DNA of 64,000 bases from Perna viridis. Its lineage: Eukaryota. A program made the position numbers and the translations under genes. Shown here in pieces: positions 13,531 to 26,552 of the stretch (position 1 is its first letter; each line of letters opens with the position of its first letter). The notes beneath the pieces were generated by a model. It saw nothing but the letters and a program-made list of their open reading frames with translations. It did no database searches and had not been told where the DNA came from. The stretch is from positions 49,543,743 through 49,607,742 of the forward strand of contig CM074515.1 of the NCBI GenBank assembly GCA_037379345.1, given 5' to 3'.

Positions 13531-13603
13531 ATGACAGCACCATGCCAATATACAGCTGCAAAAGTTAAGTTGTGCAAATGTACCACCTAATTTGGTATCT
13601 ATG

Positions 13604-13735
13604 AAGTAGGAAAAGGAGAAATACTAAGATAAAATAAGTAGGAGAAGGAGAAATAGTAAGATTAAATCAGTAGGAGAAGGAGAAATAGTATGATTAAATA
13701 AGTAGGAGAAGGAGAAATAGTATGATTAAATCAGT
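13604..13735. repeat. 32-bp minisatellite, ~4 copies
   Basis: AGTAGGAGAAGGAGAAATAGTAAGATTAAATC repeated. Confidence 0.9.
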
Positions 13736-13845
13736 AAAAGACTAAAAAAACATGTATAATGAAACTTAGATAAGTATATCTTATTTCAACTAATATGTCA
13801 TTAGTGTTGACTTAAGAATAAGAATCAATGTGACAATCAGTTTCT

Positions 13846-15143
13846 AATCTTCACTGCACTCCCCATAGTACTTCAGGACAATCTTCACTGCACTCCCCAT
13901 AGTACTTCAGGACAATCTTCACTGCACTCCCCATAGTATTTTAGGACAATCTTCACTGCACTCCCCATAGTACTTTAGGACAATCACAGTTTCTAATCTT
14001 CACAGCACTCCTCGTATTACTTTAGAACAATCTTCTCTGCACTCCCCATAGTACTTTAGAACAATCTTCACTGCACTCCCCATAGTACTTTAGGACAATC
14101 ACAGTTTCTAATCTTCACAGCACTCCTCGTAGTACTTTAGAACAATCTTCTCTGCACTCCCTATAGTACTTTAGAACAATCTTCACTGCATTCCCCATAG
14201 TTCTTTAGGACAATCTTCACTGCACTCCCCATAGTACTTTAGGACAATCACAGTTTCTAATCTTCACAGCACTCCTCGTAGTACTTTAGAACAATCTTCT
14301 CTGCACTCCCCATAGTACTTTAGAACAATCTTCACTGCACTCCCTATAGTACTTCAGGACAATCACAGTTTCTAATCTTCATTGCATTCCCCATAGTTCT
14401 TTAGGACAATCTTCACTGCACTCCCCATAGTACTTTAGGACAATCACAGTTTCTAATCTTCACAGCACTCCTCATAGTACTTTAGAACAATCTTCTCTGC
14501 ACTCCCCGTAGTACTTTAGAACAATCTTCACTGCACTTCCTATAGTACTTCAGGACAATCACAGTTTCTAATCTTCATTGCATTCCCCACAGTTCTTTAG
14601 GACAATCTTCACTGCACTCCCTATAGTACTTCAGGACAATTACAGTTTCTAATCTTCACTGCACTCCCCATAGTACTTTACGACAATCACAGTTTTTTGT
14701 TCACTGCACTCCCCATAGTACTTCAGGACAATCACAGTTTCTAATCTTTACTGCACTCCCCATAGTACTTTACGACAATCACAGTTTCTCGTTCACTGCA
14801 CTCCCTATAGTACTTTAGGACAATCACAGTTTCTAATCTTCACTGCACTTCCTATACTACATCAGGACAATCACAGTTTCTAATCTTCACTGCACTCCCC
14901 ATAGTACTTTACGACAATCACAGTTTTTTGTTCACTGCACTCCCCATAGTACTTCAGGACAATCACAGTTTCTAATCTTTACTGCACTCCCCATAGTACT
15001 TTACGACAATCACAGTTTCTTGTTCACTGCACTCCCCATAGTACTTCAGGACAATCACAGTTTCTTATCTTCACTGCACTTCCCATAGTACTTCAGGACA
15101 ATCACAGTTTCTAATCTTCACTGAACTCCCCATAGTACTTTAG
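13846..15143. repeat. Minisatellite with 34-bp and 47-bp unit variants
   Basis: AATCTTCACTGCACTCCCCATAGTACTTTAGGAC with or without AATCACAGTTTCT, roughly 30 copies. Confidence 0.97.
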
Positions 15144-17604
15144 ATTAAAAGAACATTTAGTATATAGTCACTAGTTCTCCTGACACATAATAAAATGCCT
15201 ATGAAAAATTCGTAGAATTTGGTTCAGATATAATTGACTGATCCAACAAAGTAGTTAAAAAATTTCAGACTTTAAAGAGAGAAAAAGTTTTGTTTTGATG
15301 GCTGGCTATATTGTTTGCACTAGTAATCTACTTTCGTCGACTGTGCTGTCACAAAGCTTTGCTAACAATAAGGTTGAATATGAATATAAAAAAGAAAGAT
15401 TTTGGAACACTTAAACAATATGCATCACATTAAGGAGATTTGCTCCATGTAATAGGCTCAACAGTCCCTATATTCATATTTGTAAAGTGGTTAAGGTTAT
15501 TGCCTTCTTGTTTTCACCATGTCTATTTAATTACAGACATTTTGCTTTTGTTTTTGTTTTTTTTTTATCTGACAATTTTTTTTAATAGAACATCCCATGT
15601 TTAATCAGGATTCATTAAAACTTGTATCATCAGGTATAGAACACCGGACAACAGATTTCTTCCATCCGCCTTAATAAAATTTTTATTACAATCAAAACTC
15701 CAGGGACAATTGTTCAAATCATCAATTCTAGAATTTTTATGTTATTTCCTTCAATCAAAAATGCATAAAAACATCAACATGCATATAAAATCTCAAGATT
15801 TTTTTTTTCAAACAATAGAATCTGTTCAGACTACGAAGATTCCAATAGTATCAGCTGGGGTCTTGAGAATTGTGTTAGATTATCGAGTTAAAGGAAAATG
15901 TCTGAAGGAACCAGTTCATAAGCAATCAATTCTGGTATCTTTTAAAACTGCTTTCGGTCCTGACTTAATTCCCAAACGCTTTTCATTTCTTTTTTTAATG
16001 TGTTTAAAACAAATGTCTTCATAGAATCAAGTTTTAAGTTGTTTCTAGTTTCATTTCATATTCAATCATTAAAAGCCTGAAGAAAGTTTTTCTACAATAT
16101 GATATTCACATGGAAAAAAAGAGACGTATCTAAAAGAGTAGACTATGTTAGGCAAATTTAAATTAATAGTTAACTATCTACACAAGCATACTGAAAATGC
16201 AACTTAACTGAACACATGTACTTTTCAGTGTATGCAAAACTGATTTGGAGATAACCAGACAGAATCTCAAGTTTTGAACTTTTCTTCTATTTGGGCAACT
16301 AAGAAAACAATATTTTTTTTACAGGACCTAAGGCATTTTTACCAGACATGTCCGTTGGTCCTGCGGTATTTCGTTTTCACTGACTTTGTCAGTCTATGTT
16401 TTGGCTTTTTCAAAATTTGAGGCATACATATTCCACAATATTGACACTAAATGTGACTAGTCAACTACACTTGTCTTTTAGTTTTAGGCTAGATGCTATA
16501 GACAAAGACCATCTTAGGCATTGACTGAAAGTTTCCATAACTTAGTACAGAAAGTTAGTAGTTTCAGGCTGTTTTTGGGAACATTGAGTTTCACTTCAGA
16601 AAACAAAAAAAAAGCCTAAAAACAAACAATAGTTCCCTTCCTGAGAAATCTCCCACATGGATACACACCTGATCAAACTTTTTGTGAATGTAATATGGTG
16701 CTTGATAGTGACAAGATGGTAATATACACTACACCTGAGGGAAGTACCTAATGATCCATTACTTGTTGTCATGACCTGATAAGAATGACTGTGTCAATAA
16801 AATGTCCTTGTCTCAATAAGTGCATTTTTGAAAGTTTAAGGCCAAACTTGAGAATATCTTTGTTTTTCATAAGACTTGTATACATGTATATGTGTATGTG
16901 TTTTGTCATATATTTCTCTTTGATCATACAGTACACCTGTTTAAGAGTATATCATAAGATAATGAGTACTTGACAAATAAAGTATCATCTTTCCTTGACA
17001 TACAAATGTACATGTATGTAACTTGGATCGCCTATAAATCTAGTGAAGGGAATCAGATTTATAGAATTGTTCATCAGTTTGACGGTGGATGACATCCAGT
17101 AACATCCAGTCCAGGAAGTTTGTGAGAAGTGTTGAAACTGGGCTGTATCTTGTCTTTCCTTTCTAGTAATGGCATGTTCTATTTTCTTCATAACAATACA
17201 ACAAAACTGACATCCAAAATTATTTAACAAAAATCATACAGAACCAAGAAATGACAAATCATCAATGATTTAGATAACTAATGTACCAACTGTAGTTATA
17301 ACACATGTACATGTAAATAGTCAAGTTCTCTCCTCTTAATTTTATCAGTATTTTTATGCTTTTGCGAAAAAAAGTTTAGTTAATTATTTTTGATAAAAAG
17401 AAATTATTCACAACTCTTTATGCAGTGTCTTATATATGGCAAATCAACTAGTCTATCTTCAGACACAAATGGGTAGGAGGAGAGAATAGGTTTAAAAAAG
17501 ATATTAATATATACACTAAAGCATACTTCTTAAACATATACTGAATTATACATTTACAAATTGCCAATAAATTTTCATCATCACTGTCTTACCTTTAATA
17601 AGTT

Positions 17605-17774
17605 TACAGTGAATTCAGAAACTATGGCAATGTTTTTATAATTGCAAAAAATGTGACAGACTTAATAATATAAATATAAAATGACAAAAGTTAAGATTGA
17701 ATTTTGGATAAAAAGACGCTGAAAAGAACAAAATCGAAAAAAATAATGCATGCAATAATTTCTGAATTTACAGT
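17605..17774. mobile_element. Short MITE with ACTGTAAATTCAGAAATTATTGC-type TIRs
   Basis: Left ACAGTGAATTCAGAAACTATGGCA matches the reverse complement of the right end, ACTGTAAATTCAGAAATTATTGCA. Confidence 0.6.
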
Positions 17775-18580
17775 GAAGGTATATATTTCTCAAGTAACTT
17801 ATAGGAATTTACAGCCAAGTGGAGGTTTATATTGCACAATTATCTTGAAGTTACTCGCAGCATAGTGAAGGTTCACATGTATCTTGCACAATTACCTTAA
17901 AGGACTTTACAATATAGTGAAGGTTTATATTGCACAATTATCTTAAAGGAATTTACAGCATAGAGAATGTTTATATTGAACAATTATCTTAAAGGAATTC
18001 CAGCATAGTGAAGGTTTATATTGCACAATTACCTCAAAGGAATTTACAGCATAGAGAAGGTTTATATTGCACAATTATTTCTGAATTTACAGTATACAGA
18101 AGGTTTATATTGCACAATTATCTTAAAGGAATTTACAGCATAGTGAAGGTTTATATTGCACAATTATCTTAAAGGAATTTACAGCATTGTGAAGGTTTAT
18201 ATTGCACAATTACCTTAAAGGAATTTACAGCATAGAGAAGGTTTATATTGCACAATTATCTTAAAGGAATTACAGCATAAGGAAGATTTATATTGCAAAA
18301 TTACCTCAAAGGAATTTACAGCATAGTGAAGATTTATATTGCAAAATTATCTGAAAGGAATTTACAGCATAGAGAAGGTTTATATTGCACAATAATTTCT
18401 AAATTTACAGCATAGGGAAGGTTTATATTTAAATTATCTTAAAGGAGTTTAAAGCATAGTGAAGGTTAATATTGCACAATAATTTGTGAATTTACAACAT
18501 AAGGAAGATTTATATTACACAATAATTTCTGAATTTACAGCATAATGAGGGTTTATATTGCACAATTATCTTAAAGGAAT
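17750..18580. repeat. 46-bp minisatellite (43-bp variant)
   Basis: ATTTACAGCATAGTGAAGGTTTATATTGCACAATTATCTTAAAGGA, ~18 copies. Confidence 0.95.
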
Positions 18581-19570
18581 GACTGAGTAATGACTACAAC
18601 TCAAATAATTGAATGCTTTTGAAGTGAAATCATTTTAAAATTTGTTCCATTGAAATTTAAATATTCATATACATATTCAACCTAAATACAATTGTTTACA
18701 TTTGATATTCATATACATGTACAGTTAACTATCAAACCCCTTATCAAATTTCATTAAAACCAGGTATGCTTGTACAAGTATATGGACTTAATTTTGATTC
18801 ATGTACATCAGTATTTATTCCCTGTTGACTGAGTATGTAACCCCATGGTAAATAGTGATGGTTACCCCTGAATTTGTTCAGTTATACAACAATAATGCCC
18901 TCTACAATATTACCATGGTTTCTATACTGTAGTATTCATGTCATCTGTGAAACACGTAGGAGGAGTGCAGGTGGTTGGTTAATGTGCATTAAATCCACAC
19001 TTTATCCTTTGATGTACCTCGTCTTTCTAAGGTATCATTATAAATTTATGCCTGATTACAAAACAACAAATCTTCTCCAGTTTTATTTACAACTTATACA
19101 ACAAAGAAAATTACAGGTTTTAATTCACAAACAAAATCTAATTAAATGAATCTGTTTGTTAGGTAATGACCATACTTTTTCACATTTCATTCTTAAAATT
19201 TGTATTGATTAATTCAACATTATATCAAAAGGCAACTGGTATGAATTAAGGAGGAAAAACAATTGACACAGAATTGTAGAAAGGTTAGCATCTGCTCCCA
19301 AAAATGATATTGTTAATTGATTTTGTCAATGGTTTCATCATTCCACCAGGAAAGATCAACAATTTTGAACATTCAAGAATCTTTACTTAAATTCTACAAA
19401 AAATAAAAAAAAAATATGGCAACATTTCATTCTTTAAATTCTTATTATTAAAATCATACCATATATATATATATATCTGATCAGAAAAAATTAACAAAAT
19501 AAATTATACAAATGTATATATTTTCTATAAATACCACTACACATATTCATTACCAAATACATGTACTCAC

Positions 19571-19643
19571 CAGAATAAGTGGATTTCATCGTGTCTATTT
19601 CTATCCATTGCTATAAAACTTCTCATTACAAGTCTGTTCTTTT
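19571..19643 (-). other. Internal exon of the leftward transcript
   Basis: Strong acceptor ATTTTCTTTTCAG|AAAAGA and consensus donor TTCTG|GTGAGT. 73 nt. Only the phase-1 frame is open (EKNRLVMRSFIAMDRNRHDEIHLF). Confidence 0.7.
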
Positions 19644-22600
19644 CTGAAAAGAAAATGATAAATCTAATTTCCCTTTCAAAATCAAAATACATAAACATGC
19701 AAAATTTCATACAGTGAAATTAATCAGCATATAATCTCTTTGTAGGATCAGACTGTTATATTTCCTCTTTATCCCCATGAAAGGTTTCCATTTCAAAAGA
19801 CTAGGGAATATGAACATAAAAATTAGGCACAGAAAAGAAAATAATTAAAATCTGATTAACATGGCAACATTTGTTTCCATAAAACTTCCTTTTTTTTTTG
19901 TTAATAATTTTGTTTTGTTTTTTTAAATGAAAAATGAAAACAAACACAACTATTAAAATGCTATTATTAACACATGTACGAATTAAAATAATACAAAACT
20001 TTTTTATGTGTTAAAAAATTCCATCACCAGTCATAAAATACAAAATTCTTGATTTTTTAAAGGCTTTAATAGGAGAAAAAAATTATGTTATAACACGCTT
20101 TTTAGAAAATGTATTTCAACATCAATATTCATCTATATAAACATGCAAAAAAAATACTCTTATCAATATGGTATGAAATATTAAATTGGGCTTATATGTA
20201 GCCTTCTTAAAATTTGTGGAGCTTATAAAGTGCATTTTTTTCTTTTCTACAGGATAATAGAATAAAGAATGTATAAAAAGAATAGAATCCTACCAATTCA
20301 ATACATATACATGGTACCTAATACAAAGAATTTTTGTTCCAGTTATGCCATTCTATATATCTTAATGTTTATATTAGCTGTCTCAAATTTTCTATCAAAC
20401 AATCTAGATTCTTTTTTTTTTATTATTGATTTAACATTTTACTAATGAAGACTGTTTTTTTTTCATTGAGGAATTTTAAACTGTTTCTCTGCTCACTGCA
20501 AAGAATCTGCTGAATTTTCCTCAAGAGAAGCACAGCTGGGCGTTATAAAAGTTACCAAAAATATCCAAAACCCTCAGACACAAATTTCATTTAATGCCAG
20601 ACTTATCAATATATGTCATAGGTAAAATTGCTCTCTTATCTATCTAGAGAAAGGCAAGTATTTTAATGGCCTTGAAACCAAGGTCAAACTGTCTGGGTCA
20701 CGCCAACCATGGTTACTGGTGCATAGCTTTTGAATATCTTTAAATGAGGTACCAATAAGTTTATTTTCACCAAGTCAGCACATTCTTGTAAAGGATGACT
20801 GGGGTGGTTTTGGTTAAATTGAATCTATTAAAACTGCATAGACATTTAAAACCAAGATAATTCAAATGTGCCTGGTTTCTGTGGCATTTAAGTTTTAAAT
20901 TTGAAGGGATTTAAAAAGAAGAAAAAAATCTCAGTTTTGAGAGGAATTTTAAAAGAATTTTGTGACAAAATAAATACATTTTTTTCTAACCTTCAGTATG
21001 TATTATAAACCTATGACTACCCTATTGTAATTTTTACTGTCAATTAAGCAGAAAACAAATTAATTGTCCCAAAGTCTATGTTTAAGTCATTTTTTATCTT
21101 AAAAATATAGTGCATACAGAACATCCTCAACAAACCAAAAAAATGTATTATTTTAATTTACCAGAGTACAACTCCACATTACAGGTAACCTCTCATGTAC
21201 AATGTATTTTCATTTAATTATCTACAATGTGGTACAGTATTACTGGCAAAAATGTCAATCATACATTATTAGAAAGCTTTTAATGGCACAGAAAATGAAG
21301 CCTTTTCAAAATTTCACTTGGACTCTGTCCTCAAATGACCAGATTAATGTCAGTCAGTTTGACTTGTAATGACCACACCTCATGTTACACTGAACTTAAA
21401 TTTAACCTCAGACAACCTTAGCTGTTGACAAATGACCACACCAGATGTTAAGTTGACCTTAACATTGACCTTAGACAACCTGAGCTATTGATCAATGACC
21501 ACTTAAACTGTTCAGATGAATTGGATGTTGACCCTAGAAAACCTCATGGCTATTATCATAAGATGGCCATCAATTATCCTGATTTTAACAAGATAAATGG
21601 CAGGTGAAGTCAATGGCCCTTAGAATGGCCTTGTGGATGGTTTACTGAAGTAAATGACCTTAAAGTGGCCTTGAGTTGTTGTACAAAACAGATTTGAATA
21701 TGAAGAATTGTGATCATTGTGAACATGGTAATTTCAGATCAGATAATTGAATGGGCTCCCATTTTAATGTTATAAAAACATCTAATGAAGTATTTATTAT
21801 ACATAGTAAACTGATATCACAAGATTTATTTCATTGTGCCAATTATAAAACAGACACAGTATTATTTGTTTACTGTGAGAAATGTGTAGTGTATTCCGAC
21901 ATGGCTGCTATATTTTGGTAGGGGTTGTTATTTCCTGGACAAATTACATGTACCTACATGTATTACCACTTTCTTCTCCATTGTTTGTAACAGCCCCCCT
22001 GACTAACAATACACTTGTAACCAACAAAACCATATTTAAATGATGTCATTGTTTAAGGGTTAAAAAGGAACTTCCTTGTCGGACTATCGTCTGTGACCCC
22101 AAATAGTACAACTACAATGCTTATAATTAAACACACAAGTACAACATCACGTAATCCAAGTATACAGACCAAAATGGAGATAATATATCTCTCAGTGGAT
22201 ATCAGTATCACTAAAACTCAACTGACACACTGGCTAAACTAAGTGAAAGTAAACATGCCATGGTCATGTAAATTGAAATAAATACCTGATGAATTACTTC
22301 AAACTATGTAACCTTATCACACTGTTTAAACCCTCCCCTTCACTGGATCAAATATTTCATTAGTCTGGTAAAGGATAAATGTAAGTGTTTGTTAATGCAG
22401 GTTTTGGTTGTACATATTTGTTATATTTATCAAGAGCTTCCTGTGAGTTGGGAATGAAATTTTACATTCCCTTCCTCTTAACTAAGTTTTCATATATGAA
22501 CTTTCAACCAAATAACAAAACTACTGATGGTCTGATGATAGAAGATGTAGCTGCTCCCATTGATGTTCACTAGTAGTAGACTGTTACAATCCACAGGACA

Positions 22601-22714
22601 AAGTGTTGATATCTTAGAAACATGTAAAGTACCAATCCATATTCAGACACTGCAAAAAAACTGTACAGAGAAACCCATTAAATATATGTGATGCCTTTTT
22701 CAAACAACACTCAC

Positions 22715-22782
22715 CATATTTTTCAATAGTTGCTCCTGCATACAGATTAGTTTTTTGGAGAAAACCATACATTCATCTCCCT
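22715..22782 (-). other. Candidate exon
   Basis: Consensus donor AATATG|GTGAGT. Acceptor TTTTGTTTATTCAAG| (an alternative acceptor at 22735 would give a 21-nt microexon). Confidence 0.4.
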
Positions 22783-23271
22783 CTTGAATAAACAAAATGA
22801 AAAATTATCTATGCAGTAGTCAAAAGGAACTGATAAAATCTAGGCAGAACTCAGAAGGAACTGATCAAATTCAGGCAATAGTCAAAAGGAATAGTCTAAA
22901 AGGAAAGTCTTTATAACAAATGACAATATCAGTCCTGACAAAAAACTGGAAAATTGGAAAACCAATGCAATGGTCCAGACTTGGTACAGACATTTCTATA
23001 TGAAAGGTGGGTTTGTAATGTGCTAAACCTCCCACTTCCATTACAGTTCATTATTTTCAGTATATTTTAAATGGTCTCAGATTAATGCAACAACTCAAGG
23101 ATGAACAAAGACTGGTTATGAGGTCAGCAACTTTTTTCTGAGTAAGAAATAAAGTAAATTGCATGTACAACTTGATATTTATTAAGACTGTTAGATAAAC
23201 CTTTAGTGCTACTATTCTGTACTTTGTTGGCTGATCGTCATGTTACATGTACCTTTTGTTTTGTTCATTAG

Positions 23272-23412
23272 TTAGGTTAACAGAAGGCTTCAAGAGAATA
23301 CATTTAGGTTTAGACAGAGGGCTTCAAGAGAATACATTTAGGTTTAGACCGAGGGCTTCAAAAGAATACATTTAGGTTTAGACTTAACAGAGCGCTTTAA
23401 GAGAATACATTT
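23272..23412. repeat. 34-bp minisatellite, ~4 copies
   Basis: CAGAGGGCTTCAAGAGAATACATTTAGGTTTAGA repeated. Confidence 0.9.
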
Positions 23413-23527
23413 GAACTGATGACAATGTAATTTTTTTTTTTTAGTTTAGGCTTCTGAATGTATATGTGTATGTAAGGTTCAAACAAAGCAGCACATTGAT
23501 GGTGTCATCTAACCCAATTCAGCATAC

Positions 23528-23753
23528 CTCAGTTCACCATTATTAAAATAAGATATGATTAGACAGAGGCTGAGAATCTTCAGAACAGCTGTCTCAGCAC
23601 TAATGAATACTGCTGGGAAAACTTTTACACAGACAGAGCTAGAGAAAGCTTTGAACAGCCTCTTCAGTAGAAGTTGTTTAGTCTATTGCTGGGATATAAA
23701 TCACAGACAAAACAGTATGCTTGCCTCATCATCGTATATGTGTTCATCATTTG
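23528..23753 (-). other. Candidate exon (non-coding)
   Basis: Acceptor CTAATTACAG| and donor CTGAG|GTATGC. Sequence is more complex than its flanks. No convincing reading frame. Confidence 0.3.
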
Positions 23754-24009
23754 CTGTAATTAGATGGCAAGCTATTGGAACAAAGAGGAGACCAAGATCT
23801 GCTAAAACTATTCATACTTAACTAAAGCAATTTTCTTTCACAAAATTTATTTTCTTAACAAAAAATTGTGGGGAATGAAATCAGTATTATAACTTTCTAC
23901 ATGCAATAGTGGTAGAGTCCTAAAAATTAACCCAAGCCCAGAATTATTTTACTGATCCCAAGTGACTGCAATTTTTGGCAAGATTCAAAAAGTTAATTGC
24001 CATATTACT

Positions 24010-24237
24010 ATACAGGCAAGTTAATTTCATAAAAATTTGTTCACATGAATTTATCAGGACTTTAACCTGAATCAAGCAAAGAGCTTAGTAACTAGTTTTG
24101 TCAGCAATTTTTACATGATATTGTATAAAGTGAATATCATGTGAAAATCACATGGAATGTCAAGTTAAGTTCATATGATTTCATAGGAAGCCTTTTTTTT
24201 TCCATATGAATTTCACATGAACAATATTTGCTTGTGT
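24010..24237. mobile_element. Degenerate MITE with TTCACATG subrepeats
   Basis: Left ATACAGGCAAGTTAATTTCAT vs right reverse complement ACACAAGCAAATATTGTTCAT, with many (T)TCACATG/CATGTGA motifs inside. Confidence 0.35.
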
Positions 24238-24650
24238 TTATGAAACATTATTTTTGGCATTTACAATTTTCTAACTTCCTTGATCAACCAGCATTATTTC
24301 TATCTTTATAAAAATAAAATTTTTGCCCGTCAAAGTACCAATACTTTAATTGGTAGATTTGATTGGTAAGATGCGTGGGTATGAATTAATATTATATACT
24401 CATTATTCATTCAATTTTTACTGTTTTTACTACCAAATATTTTTTTACCTCATACTATTGTCGTGATACTTAAACCGTATCTGCAATTTTCAATGCTGGT
24501 TTAAAAAAATGGAATTTCATTTTAAAAGCAGAAAGAAAATCTTATCTGGTACATATTTATACATGTACATGTACTACAGCCTAAATAACTTTCACCTTGT
24601 CTTAGATTCTAAAACAAGGCAATGGCAAAGGTTGAAGATTACAGACAAAT

Positions 24651-25265
24651 GGCTACTGGGAGATTCAGGCGAAATAGTCGCCCTGGGGTCGCTCACTTCA
24701 CCCTCTGACGATACCAAAATCGAAGAAAAGGCGCCCTCTCATTTTCGGACATCGCCCATGATCGGGACTGAACTCCATCTCTTAGCTGTATTTTGACCAG
24801 AGTTATCTCTATTTCGATAACAATTCAAACAAAAATGGCGCCCGTTCAAGATAATAAATAATTGTAAAAATCTTCGAAATGAATCGAATATTCAGTTGCG
24901 AAGAAGTATTTTAATCAGCTTCTTGTTTCAAACATTTAAGACAGGATACGGGATGAAGATTCTTCACTCTAGTTTAAGTTAATTCATATTTTATGGTTCA
25001 TATTTTGTTACAAAATGTACAAATTTGTCATGCTATTTCTTGGGACTTCATTTAAATTTATCTAAATTGATAAATCTGTAGAAAACCAGAAGTGTTTCTT
25101 TTGTTTCAAAACTGAACAGTAAATTCTCAATTTCAACGAAACATTTCTGAAGTCTGAGACAAGTTCGAACCTACTCCTACAACGTAAGAGTTTGGAATTC
25201 CGTTCCTCCATACCCCAAGTCAGAAAATAGCTTGCCAGGCAACCTCTAGCACTGCTGGAGTAGTT
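24651..25265. mobile_element. Young CpG-rich unclassified insertion
   Basis: Abrupt CpG-rich block within CpG-poor DNA. Short inverted termini CTACT...AGTAG. Contains AAAATGGCG. Confidence 0.45.
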
Positions 25266-25985
25266 TGAACCAAGCAAATACAAAATGTGTCAATGACGTT
25301 TCTGTCTTGATTTGTCAGTAATAAATTTTGAGCATAATTATTGATACTCTTGATCAACTTATATCAAGAGACTGGATATTTTGTACAGGTAATCATTATG
25401 GGTTAAGTGGGACCACAGGGAAAAAAAACAACAAATAAAAATTCCAACAGAATGTCACTGCCTGAAATTTCTATTACAATGCTGCCAAAAAAGATAAAAT
25501 CAATAGGACAATGCATTGCAACAACCTTTGCTTTACTCAGTCATATTAATTTTGCTGTAACAAATTTTGTAAGGGGTAGAGGTATAGATTATAAATTCAA
25601 TTTCATGAATATATAATACAGCCAATCATTCAGTCAGCAGGCTGATTTCATTTTGTCCAAAATATTTAGTTACTTGCACATGTAGCTAACAGAAAAAGTA
25701 ACATGTATCTCAATAAAAGAAAATAAACAGAGAAATGCCTGCTTATATTGTGTGCATATAAGTAACATATAACACATATAATTAAAAAAACGCATTAGTA
25801 AATGATGTGTGTACACACTCACTTCTCCCTGACCACTCCCCACTTCTCCCTAATGTCTCTCTGACAGAGAAGTCACTTCTCCCTGTTTAGCTTGAGCCCT
25901 GGTGACCCAGTTGTTCCCTGTCAACATGCCAGATGTTACTGGTGTGTTACTTTTGCCAACTAGGTTGTAGTATCTATGACCATTA

Positions 25986-26269
25986 GTTACTCTACTATCA
26001 ACTAAAATTTTAATTTCTCCACTCTTCACAGTGGAGTCACTCATGTCCTCCACTGTGACTCCACCAAAGTAGAAACCAGGATAAAATTGCCAAATTTCAA
26101 TACTTTTCAATATTTTTTTCTACCCTTTACGGAAATGTTATTAAACTACTAGAACCATAAAATATATCTTGGCATAAAGACAGGAGAAGTTAATTACAGA
26201 CAATTTTAGAAATGGTGACTCCACCGTGGAGAGAGGAGAAATTAAAATTTGTATTGAGAGTAGTGTAGC
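25986..26269. mobile_element. TA-flanked MITE with ~55-bp TIRs
   Basis: Left GTTACTCTACTATCAACTAAAATTTTAATTTCTCCACTCTTCACAGTGGAGTCAC vs right reverse complement GCTACACTACTCTCAATACAAATTTTAATTTCTCCTCTCTCCACGGTGGAGTCAC. TA on both sides (25984-85, 26270-71). Confidence 0.75.
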
Positions 26270-26552
26270 TAGTCTTTTTTTCTACCTGTACATGAAGTAT
26301 TGGTTTTTGTTTTATATGAACTAAATTTTAGGTGAAAATAGAAGCAACTAAAAGATTGACATTGACATCGACAGCCCCAAGATGTGTCTAAAGCGTAGAC
26401 GATAATCCTCTTAAACAATTCAGACCAAATATAAAATACAGTTTCAAATACAAATTTGAGATCTATGTGAAAAACAAGACAAAACACATAAAGAATTAAA
26501 GCACTTGCAATATGAACTCCAACAAAAACTCAGGAGTGATATCAGGTGCTCA

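Noticed and set aside
16985-17230. Minus-strand ORF as a coding exon
   Set aside because: Weak acceptor, no convincing donor and no recognisable motif.
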